Assembly: GCA_014240375.1 (NCBI GenBank)
Contig: JAAZXB010000005.1
Location: 297-64,296, forward strand
Direction of reading: 5' to 3'
DNA: 64,000 nucleotides
Source of the DNA: Planctomycetota bacterium
Lineage (GTDB): Bacteria; Planctomycetota; UBA8108; UBA1146
Part shown: positions 40,268 through 49,819 of the stretch, piece after piece
How positions within the stretch are numbered: position 1 is the stretch's first letter
Layout of the letters: every line of letters begins with the position of its first letter
Made by a program: the position numbers and the translations under genes
Notes under the pieces: model-generated
Seen by the model: the letters and a program-made list of their open reading frames with translations, nothing else
The model's database searches: none
What the model was told of the DNA's origin: nothing

Positions 40268-41221
40268 ATGTTGGGTGCTTCAGAGGGTCTCCGTTCGCGA
40301 CCACTCGTCGGCCGTCTGGCTCCCAGTCCGACCGGCGTCCTGCACCTGGGGAATGCCCGTTCTTTTCTGCTGGCATGGCTGTCGATTCGCAGCCAGGGGG
40401 GCCAGTTGTGGCTACGGATCGAGGACATCGACGGTCCTCGAGTTCGATCGGGGGCCATCGAGAGCACCATCGAGGACTTGCAGTGGCTGGGGCTCGACTG
40501 GGACGGGGAGGTCCAGATCCAGAGTGATCGGCTGCCGCGTCATCAGCAGTGGATCGACACGCTGATCGAAGAGGGACTCGCCTATCCCTGTGTCTGTACC
40601 CGAAGTGAGGTGGAAGAGGCTGCCACCGCGCCGCATGAATCGATCGGCGTCGATGCTCCGGTATACCCCGGGAGTTGCCGGGGGCGCTGGAGCAGCGAGC
40701 AGCAGGCGACCGAGGAAACGGGTCGAGACTGTGCCATCCGCCTGGCGGTGAGTGAGGACGCCATCGCCTTCGAGGATCGTTTCGCGGGGCGCTGTGAAGG
40801 GCGGCTCCACGGCGATTTCGTGATACGCAAGCGCGATGGAACTCCCGCATACCAGTTGGCGGTGGTGGTGGATGATCTCGACTCCGGGGTCACCGAGGTG
40901 CTTCGAGCGGACGATTTACTCCCATCGACACCGCGTCAGATGTTGATCTATCGTCATCTGGGGGCTGAATCACCCGATTTCATCCATGTCCCGCTGGTCG
41001 TTGGGCCCGATGGTAGGCGGCTGGCCAAGCGCCACGGCGATACCAGTCTGACGCGCTATCGTCGGGAGGGGATCTCTCCTGAGGAGATCATCGGAGCACT
41101 GGCTCATGGCAGCGGGTGGGTCGAACAGGGAACTCGATGTCGAGCGGAAGATTTGCTCGCTCGATTTGATCTGTCGAGCCTCCCGATCGAACCGATGATC
41201 TGGTCCGATGAGCTGGTTTGA
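40268..41221 (+). CDS. gluQ: Glutamyl-Q tRNA(Asp) synthetase (truncated GluRS paralog, YadB-like)
   Basis: ~317 aa; LAPSPTGVLHLGNARS (HIGH region); lacks the anticodon-binding domain. Confidence 0.85.
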   Translation: MLGASEGLRSRPLVGRLAPSPTGVLHLGNARSFLLAWLSIRSQGGQLWLRIEDIDGPRVRSGAIESTIEDLQWLGLDWDGEVQIQSDRLPRHQQWIDTLIEEGLAYPCVCTRSEVEEAATAPHESIGVDAPVYPGSCRGRWSSEQQATEETGRDCAIRLAVSEDAIAFEDRFAGRCEGRLHGDFVIRKRDGTPAYQLAVVVDDLDSGVTEVLRADDLLPSTPRQMLIYRHLGAESPDFIHVPLVVGPDGRRLAKRHGDTSLTRYRREGISPEEIIGALAHGSGWVEQGTRCRAEDLLARFDLSSLPIEPMIWSDELV

Positions 41222-41400
41222 TGAGCGACTCAATTGAGCGCTGACTCAAAAGGGGCATTGAACTTTTTTTGACGATCCGGCATAGTTTGAGAGTCCCGGT
41301 CTGCCGCACCGGGATCTGGTTACTGGAGTCCTCTCGGATGAGATCTGTGCTTCGCCGTAGGCTGACGGAATCCTACTTCTCGACCATCTGTACTGCTGGG

Positions 41401-41535
41401 GTCCGTAATTCTACGGTCCGCGATTCCACGCTTCCCAATTCGATACCCCGCAATTCGATACCCCGCAATTCGATACACCGCAATTCGATACACCGTGATT
41501 CCATGCACCGTGATTCCATGCACCGTGATTCAGAG
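41401..41535. repeat. Tandem repeat array, 15-nt period (~9 units: ccccgcaattcgata x~4, caccgtgattccatg x3)
   Basis: Read directly; sits at the extreme 5' end of, or just upstream of, the CHAT-TPR gene. Confidence 0.85.
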
Positions 41536-43764
41536 GTCTGCTCATCCGAGCCACGATGCACTCGAGTCGGCCAGTGGCTCCCGCTCGATTCGACCGCCAC
41601 CGCAGCGATAGGGCTGCCCCTTCTCATCCTGTGCCTCGCCCTGTTTTTCTTTCCTTGCGGGAGTGCGGCGCAGATCAACGATCTGATCCTGCTCGAGGGG
41701 AGACTGTCGACCAGTCGTCCACTGATGGATACCGATGTACTGGCGATCGCCCTGCCCCCTTCCGCCGTGTGGCGGCACGTCGAGGTGCTACTGGTCAGTG
41801 ATGGCATCGAGGTGTCTCTCACCACTGCCGATGTCGATGGGCAAGAGCGACACCTGAGGTTTTCCGATCAGGAACTTTTCGGACCCGATCCGGGTCGTTT
41901 CTCCGGAGGAGAACTGCTGGTCCGCATCACCGAATCAGGGCAGCAAGCGATTCCTCATCGGATGGCTTCCGCTGTCGATCCCGCGCCTTGGTATCCCCAT
42001 GGCGCCACTCCCCAGGATGTTCTGGAGCGTGCAGCGAGGAAGTTGAAGGAGGGGCTGACGAAGAAGGCCGCCGAGGACTTGCTGACGCTTCGAGATACCG
42101 CGCTGGTGCCGGCACTCTCATCGGAAAGGATGAGATTGAATGCATCGGTGCAGCAAGCCTATTCGGATGTCAGTTCGATCCACGGTCGCACCGCAGAACA
42201 GTTACTCGAGTCTGCAGTTCTTCGCGCACCCGCAGGATCATCGACCAGAGAAAAAGTGCTGATCGATCAAGCGGCTCAGAACATTCGTAAAGCGACGTTT
42301 TCATCCGATCGAGAGACCTGGAGGAGCGAACTGACCGAGGCGTTGTCACGGGCGCGGTTGGCTCTGTCATCGGCACGTGAACTCGACCATCGAGACAATG
42401 CGGCGGCAGCATTGCTGGAGATTGCTGCTGCGGCTTCATGGCGCGGTTGGGCACTGGAAACTCGTGCAGCGACCGAAGCTGCGCTGGATCTGGCGGGCGA
42501 TCCCGATACCCGCTGGAGGTGTGCACTGGCATTGGCTCGCTCTCACATGGTAACGGGGAAACTGTCCGAGGCGGTCACCGAGGCTCGTGAGGCCCTCTCC
42601 ATCGTCGAACAGATCCGTGGGAGTCGCCACGACGATGCGGCAGCGATGGGTCTGCGTCGACAGCCAGCGATCTTGCTGGCAGACATCGAATCTCGCAGAG
42701 GCGATGCGCTCTCTTCCTTGATCGCCGCCGAGAAGATCCGGGTTCGAAGCAGCGGCGCCACGCCGATCGATCGAGCGGCACTGGAAAAACTGGCCCGCGA
42801 TGCTCAGGGGCTGGCCACGGTAGTCGTGGCGCTCGACGCAGGAACGGTGCTGTTGGTCTGGTCCACCGTCGGCGGAGAGTGGCAGCACCGGCGGATCGAT
42901 CAGCGCCGAGGAGAGGCGATCGAGCGTGGGATGGCACTGCATCACTCTCGAGGAGCGAATGTCGAGGCAGCCGACTGGCTCTCGAAGCGGCTCTTTCCCG
43001 CGGCCCTGAATCCATGCGATCGTTTGCTGCTGGCCCCGATCGGTGGATTGCGAAGAATTCCCTGGGGCATCCTCACCATCGATGGGGAAGCACTGGTCGA
43101 TCGCTGCAGCTGGAGTCTGTTGCCGGGACTCGGCAGCGGGCCGCGAGCCCTCGAACCGTTACCGAGGGAGGGGTGGTGGACGGTGGTAGATCCGTGGGTC
43201 CCCGATCGATCTCGATTGCCTGGATCCAGGGCGGAAGGGGAGCGGATCCAGGATCGTTTTCCGGCGGTCGAGTTGCGCTCAGGAGAAGCGGCGACGGTGG
43301 CCGCGGTGGAGCAAGCGGCGACGGTCGCAAAGGTGCTCCACATCGCCTGTCATGGAGACTTCCAGCCCTACGACCCAGGCGGGTCGAATCTGCGACTGAG
43401 CCCTGCCGGCGAGTCCGATGGAGTGCTCACTGCCGATCAGTTGTCGCGGATGGAACTGATCGATTGTCGGCTGCTGGCGCTGACCGGATGTGAGACCGCT
43501 TTGGGTTCGGCGAGCGGCGCCGACGACCTGGCGGGATTCCCGCGGGCGGCGCTCGAAGCGGGGTGTCAGGCGATTTTGGGGACGCTTTGGCCGGTCGAGG
43601 ACGCCTCGGCAGGTAGATTTCTTGGATCGCTGGTGGCAGCCACGGATGGCCAGGTAGAGCCCGCAGAGGTGCTCAGGCGGGCATGTAGGGCCAGAAGAGG
43701 AGATCCGAGGGATCGCGATCCTGGCGCCTGGAGTGGCTGGGTTCTGGTTGAGAATGGCTGGTAA
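41518..43764 (+). CDS. TPR + CHAT (caspase-HetF-like peptidase) domain protein, secreted/periplasmic
   Basis: Hydrophobic signal (LPLLILCLALFFFPCGSAAQ); C-terminal VLHIACHGDF...LLALTGCETALG are the CHAT His/Cys catalytic dyad regions. Start ambiguous (ATG 41503/41518 inside the repeat array; ORF opens at 41269). Confidence 0.7.
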   Translation: MHRDSEVCSSEPRCTRVGQWLPLDSTATAAIGLPLLILCLALFFFPCGSAAQINDLILLEGRLSTSRPLMDTDVLAIALPPSAVWRHVEVLLVSDGIEVSLTTADVDGQERHLRFSDQELFGPDPGRFSGGELLVRITESGQQAIPHRMASAVDPAPWYPHGATPQDVLERAARKLKEGLTKKAAEDLLTLRDTALVPALSSERMRLNASVQQAYSDVSSIHGRTAEQLLESAVLRAPAGSSTREKVLIDQAAQNIRKATFSSDRETWRSELTEALSRARLALSSARELDHRDNAAAALLEIAAAASWRGWALETRAATEAALDLAGDPDTRWRCALALARSHMVTGKLSEAVTEAREALSIVEQIRGSRHDDAAAMGLRRQPAILLADIESRRGDALSSLIAAEKIRVRSSGATPIDRAALEKLARDAQGLATVVVALDAGTVLLVWSTVGGEWQHRRIDQRRGEAIERGMALHHSRGANVEAADWLSKRLFPAALNPCDRLLLAPIGGLRRIPWGILTIDGEALVDRCSWSLLPGLGSGPRALEPLPREGWWTVVDPWVPDRSRLPGSRAEGERIQDRFPAVELRSGEAATVAAVEQAATVAKVLHIACHGDFQPYDPGGSNLRLSPAGESDGVLTADQLSRMELIDCRLLALTGCETALGSASGADDLAGFPRAALEAGCQAILGTLWPVEDASAGRFLGSLVAATDGQVEPAEVLRRACRARRGDPRDRDPGAWSGWVLVENGW

Positions 43765-43813
43765 TGAGCCGATAATCTTCGATTGCCCTCAGGGCGACTC
43801 CGCGCCACTACCG

Positions 43814-46453
43814 ATGGGTGGTGGAGACGCAGTGGAACTGGCGAGATCGGACATTGGCGGGCGGGGAATCTGCGTCGGGAACGTAAATCGGGGAACCGAG
43901 CGGGGGCTTCAGACGCTAAGCCACCTCAAGAGTGCGAAAGAGGTTTGGATCGATGAGTTGGAGAATGGGAAAGGTGATGCAATCCTGAAGCATGTAAGGG
44001 GCCACTGGCCCCTCTGGCCACTGTTGTTTCTATTCGTGATGTCGCCAGGATTCGGCGTGAACTCGTCGCATCCTGGGTCGGGTACGCTGATCGCTCAGGT
44101 GCCCAATCTGACCTTCGTCGAGTTGTTTCATGTGAATGCAGAGGAAGTGCTGCAATTCCTCCGTGGAGTTCCGGGACTTACCGCTCAAGTCGAAAATGGT
44201 GAGGTGGCGATGGTTCCCAATCGCTCTCAGTCGTTGCTCGTCACGGCGGATCCACCGACTACCGAGGCGTTGATCCGGATCATCCGGGATTTCGAGAACC
44301 TGGAGGTCAGGGATCGCCTGATCGAAAAATCGATCACCATCCGTTATGCCGGAATTCAACTGGTACTCGAGACGCTGGCGGCGGGCAAGATCTGCCAGGT
44401 GTACCATCGAACCGAGGAAGTGAAGAACGACTCGACCAAGCAAGGAAATCGGACCATCACACGGACCTACAAGAAGGCGGTCTATGCCCGCTATGAGGCC
44501 GCCAGCGAGACGGTCCTGCCTTCGTGGAGTTTGCCGGAGTACCCCTACATTCTCGAGATTCCTCACGTCGATCCGGTCGAATTGCCGCCGGTGAATCTCG
44601 GCAGTGGAATCGACGAAGCGGCACTCTCCCTCACCTTCAAGGATTCGCCCTCGACAGAAGCGCGCAATCGATTGCTGGTCGTCGGAACCGAGAAGGACAT
44701 CGCTAGAATCCAGAAATTCATCGATCAGATAGATATCCCTGCACGGCAGATCATGATCGAGGTTCAGATCATCGAACTGGAAGCCGATTCCCTGACAGAT
44801 CTGGGAATCGACATGCTCGCCTACGAAAAACGTCACGCGGTGATCGACTTCGCCTCACCGCTCCCTGGCGACCCGATGCCCCAGGTCGGTGAAAACTTCA
44901 ATCCGATCGAGCAAGCGGGGTTGTCATTCCTCTTTGATGACACCACTGAACGCCTTTCCGCCCAGTTCCTTGCCGGAGTCCATGCACTGGTGCGCAAGGG
45001 AGATGCCATCATCAAGGCACGCCCGAAGTTGTACGCACTCGACGATCGTCAGAGCCAGCTTCACCTGGGAGAAAAAATTCCGACCTTTGTCTCCACCGAT
45101 GTCGTGCGAAATTCGAACGGCAGCAATTTCGTCGAGAATATCAACAAGGTGGGGACCGAGCACATCGGGACCACCCTGGTGGTGAAGCCGAGGATCAGCG
45201 GTCCCGACGAGAATGAAGTCTCGATGCTGATCGATATCACCGTCAATAACTTGCAGGGACGACAGCGTGTTTTCGAGGAGGACCTGCTCGGAATTCCAGA
45301 GATTGCCATCCGGAATTTCCGGGGACAGGCCAGGGTCAAGAATCACAGGCCACTGATCCTCGGAGGCCTGATCAAGGAGAGTGAGTTTGAGTCCCGCAAC
45401 AAGATGCCACTGATCGGAGACATCCCGTTTCTCGGTGACCTCCTGGGTCGCAGGAACTCGCAACAGATTCGCTCCGAGATCATCATCGTGTTGACTCCTC
45501 ACATCCTCAGCGAGGATGGCATCGATCCGATTTCGACTCCCAAGGAGAGTAGCCACTTCGACACCTTCAACAGCGTGCTCTTCAACGACCGATACATCCT
45601 CAAGGGACGTGACCTGGTCGGACTGGATCCGATCAGCAGGACGCCGGTGGAGGGGTTCTCCAGCGATGAGGTGATCGACCTGACGCTGTTGAACATCGTC
45701 AAGAAGCGTGAACTGGTCAGTCGGTTGAAGATCTTTGAAGACTACCTTCCAGAATCGGCTGGAACGCTCAGTGCATTCAAGAGGAAGCATCCCGAGAAGT
45801 CGATTCGCACCTGGAGTGTCGAGGAGCGGCAACTGTTCTTCCAGGCGGCTGCAATCCTGGTCGAAAACATCAAGAGCCTCAATCCAGGGCTCGACTATGA
45901 CGACGTGGTCTCTCCGCGGCGTGAAATCGTGGTGCCGACCAGTCCGTACCATGTCAGCCTCTCCTACGACAAGTTGAAGACCTTTTATGACAAGGGAGAC
46001 CTGGTGGTGTTTCGTGGCGAGACCAACCTGTCGGAGGGTACGATTCGTAATCTGGAACAGATCTACACTCGCTCCTTCGAGGAGTTTGCCTCCTTCCTCG
46101 AGTTGATCGGTCGTACCGACCAGCAACATGGTGAGTTCCGTGGCATTCTCGAACAGCAAAGAAGCCTCCTCTTCCCCTCTGCGGAGCCGGCACAGGAACT
46201 GACTTATGGCGATCTGTTCAGGGATCTTGACCGACATGGTCTCGATTTCATCAGTGTTGCGACCTTCCTCGCTAACCGTCTCCAACAGGCAGTTTCCGAC
46301 GGTGAAGTTCCGCTGGGTGTGCTCGAGGATGACCTGGAATCATTCAGGAACAGAACGGTCACCCTCGATGAACTGGGAGATCGCCTGCAGACCCTCGACG
46401 AGCGCTGGGATTTCCTCAACAATTCACCGTTACGACCAGTCAGGGGGCTGTGA
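43814..46453 (+). CDS. Secretin-family outer-membrane channel protein (T2SS/T4P GspD/PilQ-like) with ~300-aa C-terminal extension
   Basis: Central ...RPLILGGLIKESEFESRNKMPLIGDIPFLGDLLGRR...IIIVLTPHIL is the secretin signature. It is followed by ~300 further residues with no recognisable motif. Overlaps the CHAT gene end; start uncertain (ORF opens at 43733). Confidence 0.7.
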   Translation: MGGGDAVELARSDIGGRGICVGNVNRGTERGLQTLSHLKSAKEVWIDELENGKGDAILKHVRGHWPLWPLLFLFVMSPGFGVNSSHPGSGTLIAQVPNLTFVELFHVNAEEVLQFLRGVPGLTAQVENGEVAMVPNRSQSLLVTADPPTTEALIRIIRDFENLEVRDRLIEKSITIRYAGIQLVLETLAAGKICQVYHRTEEVKNDSTKQGNRTITRTYKKAVYARYEAASETVLPSWSLPEYPYILEIPHVDPVELPPVNLGSGIDEAALSLTFKDSPSTEARNRLLVVGTEKDIARIQKFIDQIDIPARQIMIEVQIIELEADSLTDLGIDMLAYEKRHAVIDFASPLPGDPMPQVGENFNPIEQAGLSFLFDDTTERLSAQFLAGVHALVRKGDAIIKARPKLYALDDRQSQLHLGEKIPTFVSTDVVRNSNGSNFVENINKVGTEHIGTTLVVKPRISGPDENEVSMLIDITVNNLQGRQRVFEEDLLGIPEIAIRNFRGQARVKNHRPLILGGLIKESEFESRNKMPLIGDIPFLGDLLGRRNSQQIRSEIIIVLTPHILSEDGIDPISTPKESSHFDTFNSVLFNDRYILKGRDLVGLDPISRTPVEGFSSDEVIDLTLLNIVKKRELVSRLKIFEDYLPESAGTLSAFKRKHPEKSIRTWSVEERQLFFQAAAILVENIKSLNPGLDYDDVVSPRREIVVPTSPYHVSLSYDKLKTFYDKGDLVVFRGETNLSEGTIRNLEQIYTRSFEEFASFLELIGRTDQQHGEFRGILEQQRSLLFPSAEPAQELTYGDLFRDLDRHGLDFISVATFLANRLQQAVSDGEVPLGVLEDDLESFRNRTVTLDELGDRLQTLDERWDFLNNSPLRPVRGL

Positions 46454-47274
46454 TGAGGTCGCTATCCTTCGGGGATTCACCCCTGGTCAAGCAGCTGCTT
46501 GGCACTGTAATGGCGACCTTGACCGTCAGTTTGATGGTCCTTGGCTCCGGCTGCAAACCGATCGACAAGAGGAGTGCAGAGGCCGATGTCTTGAAGGATA
46601 TTCGCGACACGACGGTGATCCCTGACCTCGGATCTTACGACGAAGCGATCCGCAAGAAGTCGGTGAGTCGCATCTTGATGAGCCTGCAGAAGGCGCCCGA
46701 TATCACCCGCAATCTGTTGCTGGCGACCATCGATGATTCGATGGTCAGCGCCCGCACCAAGAGAGTGATCTGTACACTGCTGGCGGACCTGGGGGATTTG
46801 CGCGCGATGGCCCCCTTGACCCGGATGCTGGCGGAGGGATCTCAAGCTGAAGATGACCTGCTCGAGACGGCACTGCTCGAGTTCGGGGAACGTGCAGTGT
46901 CGGGAGTCTCGACGGTGCTGGCTGAAGGGGGACCGATTGCACGGCGCAACGCCGCGGGAATCTTGCTCGGCATCGGTGGCTCCAGTGCTCACGACGCACT
47001 GCGCATGAGACTACGGATCGAGAAGGACCCTGAAGTGCGATTTCTCTGTGTCTGCGGGTTGGTCGAGGATCGTCGAACAACCTCGCTGGCACTCCTGGGA
47101 GAGGCTCTCGACGACATCGATGAAGAGGTCAGAAGAGCGGCATGGGGTGGGTTGTCTCGTCGAGCCCGTCCTCCCGGGGCGATCCTCTTCAACCCTTCTG
47201 GACTTCCTGAGGTGAGAATTCGTCAGGCGCTACAGGTGCGAAAATGGCTCGAAGTCGGGTCAGTGCCACTCTAG
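46450..47274 (+). CDS. HEAT/PBS-lyase-repeat lipoprotein
   Basis: Lipobox LGSGC; repeated ...ALGxLGDxRAxxPL... HEAT-like units; ATGA overlap with the secretin gene. Confidence 0.7.
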   Translation: MMRSLSFGDSPLVKQLLGTVMATLTVSLMVLGSGCKPIDKRSAEADVLKDIRDTTVIPDLGSYDEAIRKKSVSRILMSLQKAPDITRNLLLATIDDSMVSARTKRVICTLLADLGDLRAMAPLTRMLAEGSQAEDDLLETALLEFGERAVSGVSTVLAEGGPIARRNAAGILLGIGGSSAHDALRMRLRIEKDPEVRFLCVCGLVEDRRTTSLALLGEALDDIDEEVRRAAWGGLSRRARPPGAILFNPSGLPEVRIRQALQVRKWLEVGSVPL

Positions 47275-47330
47275 TGCGGGGGTAGTGCCATTCTGGTGCG
47301 GGGCAGTTCCATCGATGGATTCAGTCACGA

Positions 47331-47365
47331 GAAGGGCCGGCAGGGGTATCCCCTGCCGGCCCTTC
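47331..47365. terminator. Bidirectional rho-independent terminator
   Basis: GAAGGGCCGGCAGGGG-tatc-CCCTGCCGGCCCTTC: perfect 16-bp stem between convergent genes. Confidence 0.8.
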
Positions 47366-47390
47366 TCAGAACAGATCGAGCGCCTGACCT

Positions 47391-48422
47391 TCAGACTTGA
47401 GACTCTTGCTCTTCGATGAACTCCTGCCAGAAATCTTCCGGCATGTCGAGCGCAATCTTGAGAGCTCCGTTGGAACCTGCGTACTGCGGCTCCTCGACCG
47501 ACTTCACTTTTCCTCCACCGTACTCGACGAGGGCTTCCTCGAAGGCTCGGCAGAGTCCGGTGATCTGGCTGCCGCCGCCGCCCAGCAGGATGTGATTGCG
47601 CATCTTCTGCTGGAATTCCGGGTCGTAGGTGGCGATCAGATCTTGCAGCGCTTCGACGGTGGGGGCGACGATACCGGAGCACGCCTCGCTCACCTCGGCA
47701 GTGATGTCAAACTCGGTCGGCTTTCCCTGGACCGGGAAGGTCGCCACGACCGGATCCATGTGGGTTCCGACACAAGCGTGATCTTCCTTGATCTCGCGCA
47801 CCATGTTGGAGGAAAACTGTGCCTCCGGGTGGTTTTCGGTCAGCAACTCGGTCAATCGGGTGTCGATGGCATCTCCACCGAAGTGGTGAGTTCGTTGATC
47901 CTCAGCCTTCGGCATCGTGGCATGGACCCGGCACAGATCGACGGTTCCAGCACCGATATCGACGACCAGGGTATCGGAGAGGAAATCGAGGCCGTAGGCC
48001 ACCGAGAACGGTTCCGAGCAGACCACGATGCTATCCATGAATTCGGAAGCGGCAGCGAGGATATGAGCCTTGGAGTCGACGCTGGCCTCGGCGGGGGCTC
48101 CGATCACACCGTAGATGGTGCTCCCGGTGGGGATCTCCGCCTGTTCGATGACGTACTCGATCAGGTCTCTGACGGCGTGCCGGGATTTCTCATCATCCTG
48201 GATCACTCCCTTGTCGAGGGGGCGAACCAGATCGACCGCCATCCGGTTCTGCACCGCTTCTTCACCGAACACCTTGTCACGACCACCGAGGTGCTTGCGA
48301 CTGACATGATCCTGGGCATATCCGACGTAAGACCAGACGGTGGTCCGGACCCCTGTCGAAGTGGTGATGGAAGTGCGGCTGGTGCCGAGGTCCATTCCAA
48401 TGTAAACGATATCGCTCATCAC
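47391..48422 (-). CDS. MamK-like actin-family ATPase
   Basis: IGMDLGTSRTSI (phosphate-1), VRPLDKGVI, VCSEPFSVAYGLD...VVDIGAGTVDLC (phosphate-2), LLGGGGSQITGL (adenosine). Block-by-block resemblance to magnetosome MamK rather than MreB/FtsA/ParM, from recalled MamK sequence. Confidence 0.8.
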   Translation of the reverse strand: MMSDIVYIGMDLGTSRTSITTSTGVRTTVWSYVGYAQDHVSRKHLGGRDKVFGEEAVQNRMAVDLVRPLDKGVIQDDEKSRHAVRDLIEYVIEQAEIPTGSTIYGVIGAPAEASVDSKAHILAAASEFMDSIVVCSEPFSVAYGLDFLSDTLVVDIGAGTVDLCRVHATMPKAEDQRTHHFGGDAIDTRLTELLTENHPEAQFSSNMVREIKEDHACVGTHMDPVVATFPVQGKPTEFDITAEVSEACSGIVAPTVEALQDLIATYDPEFQQKMRNHILLGGGGSQITGLCRAFEEALVEYGGGKVKSVEEPQYAGSNGALKIALDMPEDFWQEFIEEQESQV

Positions 48423-48453
48423 TGATTCCTCTCCCGATGTGAATCGTTGCCGA

Positions 48454-49605
48454 TCAGGCGTGATCCTTCTCGGTCTTCTGTGAGTTTGTTCTTGTCGCGG
48501 AGATTTTGCTCCTCAATTCCTTGTTCTCTTGCACCAGTTCCAGCAGCAGTGATTGGCGCACCCCATGATTGGAGTCGTCGCCGCTACTGGCCTTGACCCG
48601 GTCGCCTCCCGCCCCCTTGAATCCCTGAGTCCGGTCTTTCGACTCGGCGCGGCGGGCGTTCTCGCGCGCGTGGTCCCGATCTTTTCTGGCATCGTCCAGG
48701 CTATGCGCGAGACGGTGTATCTTTCTTTCGAGCAACTGGATGTTCTCGTTGCGAGCACCCTCTTCTTGAATACGGGTTCGCTCCCGCTCCGAGTCGAGAG
48801 ATCGTTCCATCGCTTCGCGGAGCTTCTCCTCGAGCGGCGCCGCAACTGTTCCCGATTCGACCGCCGCATCGATCACCGAGCCCAGTTTCGATTCGAGTTC
48901 GATCATCGCCCCTTCGGAAAGGGTAAACTGATCTCGCTCGACTTCGCGATTTTTTTCGCGCCCCAGCAAGTTCTGGGCTCGATCCAGTCTGCTGGATAGG
49001 CCCTGCACATGCGACTGGAGATCTGCCTTCTCGCTCTCGAACTCGGCGAGTTTCTCGCGGAAGCCCTTCTCGGACTCCTTGAGCAGGCGCTGGATCTCAT
49101 TCTCATCGTGGGAGAGCCCACTCTCTCGCACCACATCCTCGACCGCATCCTGGATCAAATCCTTGATGGCGGACAGATTCAGCACGCGGACGCTATCGCG
49201 CTGCGCTGCGATGGCTGCAGTTCTCACCAGCCTCGAGCGGGAACGGAGGGCCGATTCGAGATCGGAGTGCCCTTCACCGGAGGGGGCCCCCGAGAAGAGG
49301 CGATCGAGGGCTTCGAGTTCACGTGGATGCGCAGGTTTCCAGCGCAGCAGCACTCCGGCAGAGGTGCGGGTGACCACCTCGGCGTGAATCAACTCGGCTT
49401 GGCCATCGGGGCGCTCGACGATCAGTTCGAACCGATCTCCGATACGGAGCCGGATGGTGGTTTCCAGTAAGACTTCTCGGCCGTCGATCCGTGCCACCGG
49501 GAGACGAAGGATGCCCGCTTCCAGTTCGGCTACGACGCTCCAGCGTCCAGAACCGGCAGGAACTTTCGAGGTGGTCTGTTCCGGCAAGAGGTATCCGATC
49601 TTCAC
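48454..49605 (-). CDS. Long coiled-coil protein with N-terminal beta-rich (possibly PilZ-like) domain; partner of MamK-like actin
   Basis: 383 aa; residues ~110-380 are highly charged heptad-like (ERERTRIQEEGARNENIQLLERKIHRLAHS...); ends 31 nt upstream of the actin gene on the same strand. Confidence 0.65.
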   Translation of the reverse strand: MKIGYLLPEQTTSKVPAGSGRWSVVAELEAGILRLPVARIDGREVLLETTIRLRIGDRFELIVERPDGQAELIHAEVVTRTSAGVLLRWKPAHPRELEALDRLFSGAPSGEGHSDLESALRSRSRLVRTAAIAAQRDSVRVLNLSAIKDLIQDAVEDVVRESGLSHDENEIQRLLKESEKGFREKLAEFESEKADLQSHVQGLSSRLDRAQNLLGREKNREVERDQFTLSEGAMIELESKLGSVIDAAVESGTVAAPLEEKLREAMERSLDSERERTRIQEEGARNENIQLLERKIHRLAHSLDDARKDRDHARENARRAESKDRTQGFKGAGGDRVKASSGDDSNHGVRQSLLLELVQENKELRSKISATRTNSQKTEKDHA

Positions 49606-49819
49606 CTGGCGGGGATCAGTGGGGTCGATTCATCCAGGTCTCATCATCGAGCCATCGAGAATCGGGCAACAGAGAAGGCTATCGGGAAGCGTGGTTTCCT
49701 GCAAGGTGAGGGGGCGTGAAACGTTGCTCAGCGCCTGGATTCCGGGATTTGTTGCCGGAACCGGATCGCAGTCTGGAGCGTCTACCTGTGGAGAACCCGA
49801 CCGGTTGAAAATCCCCTGG

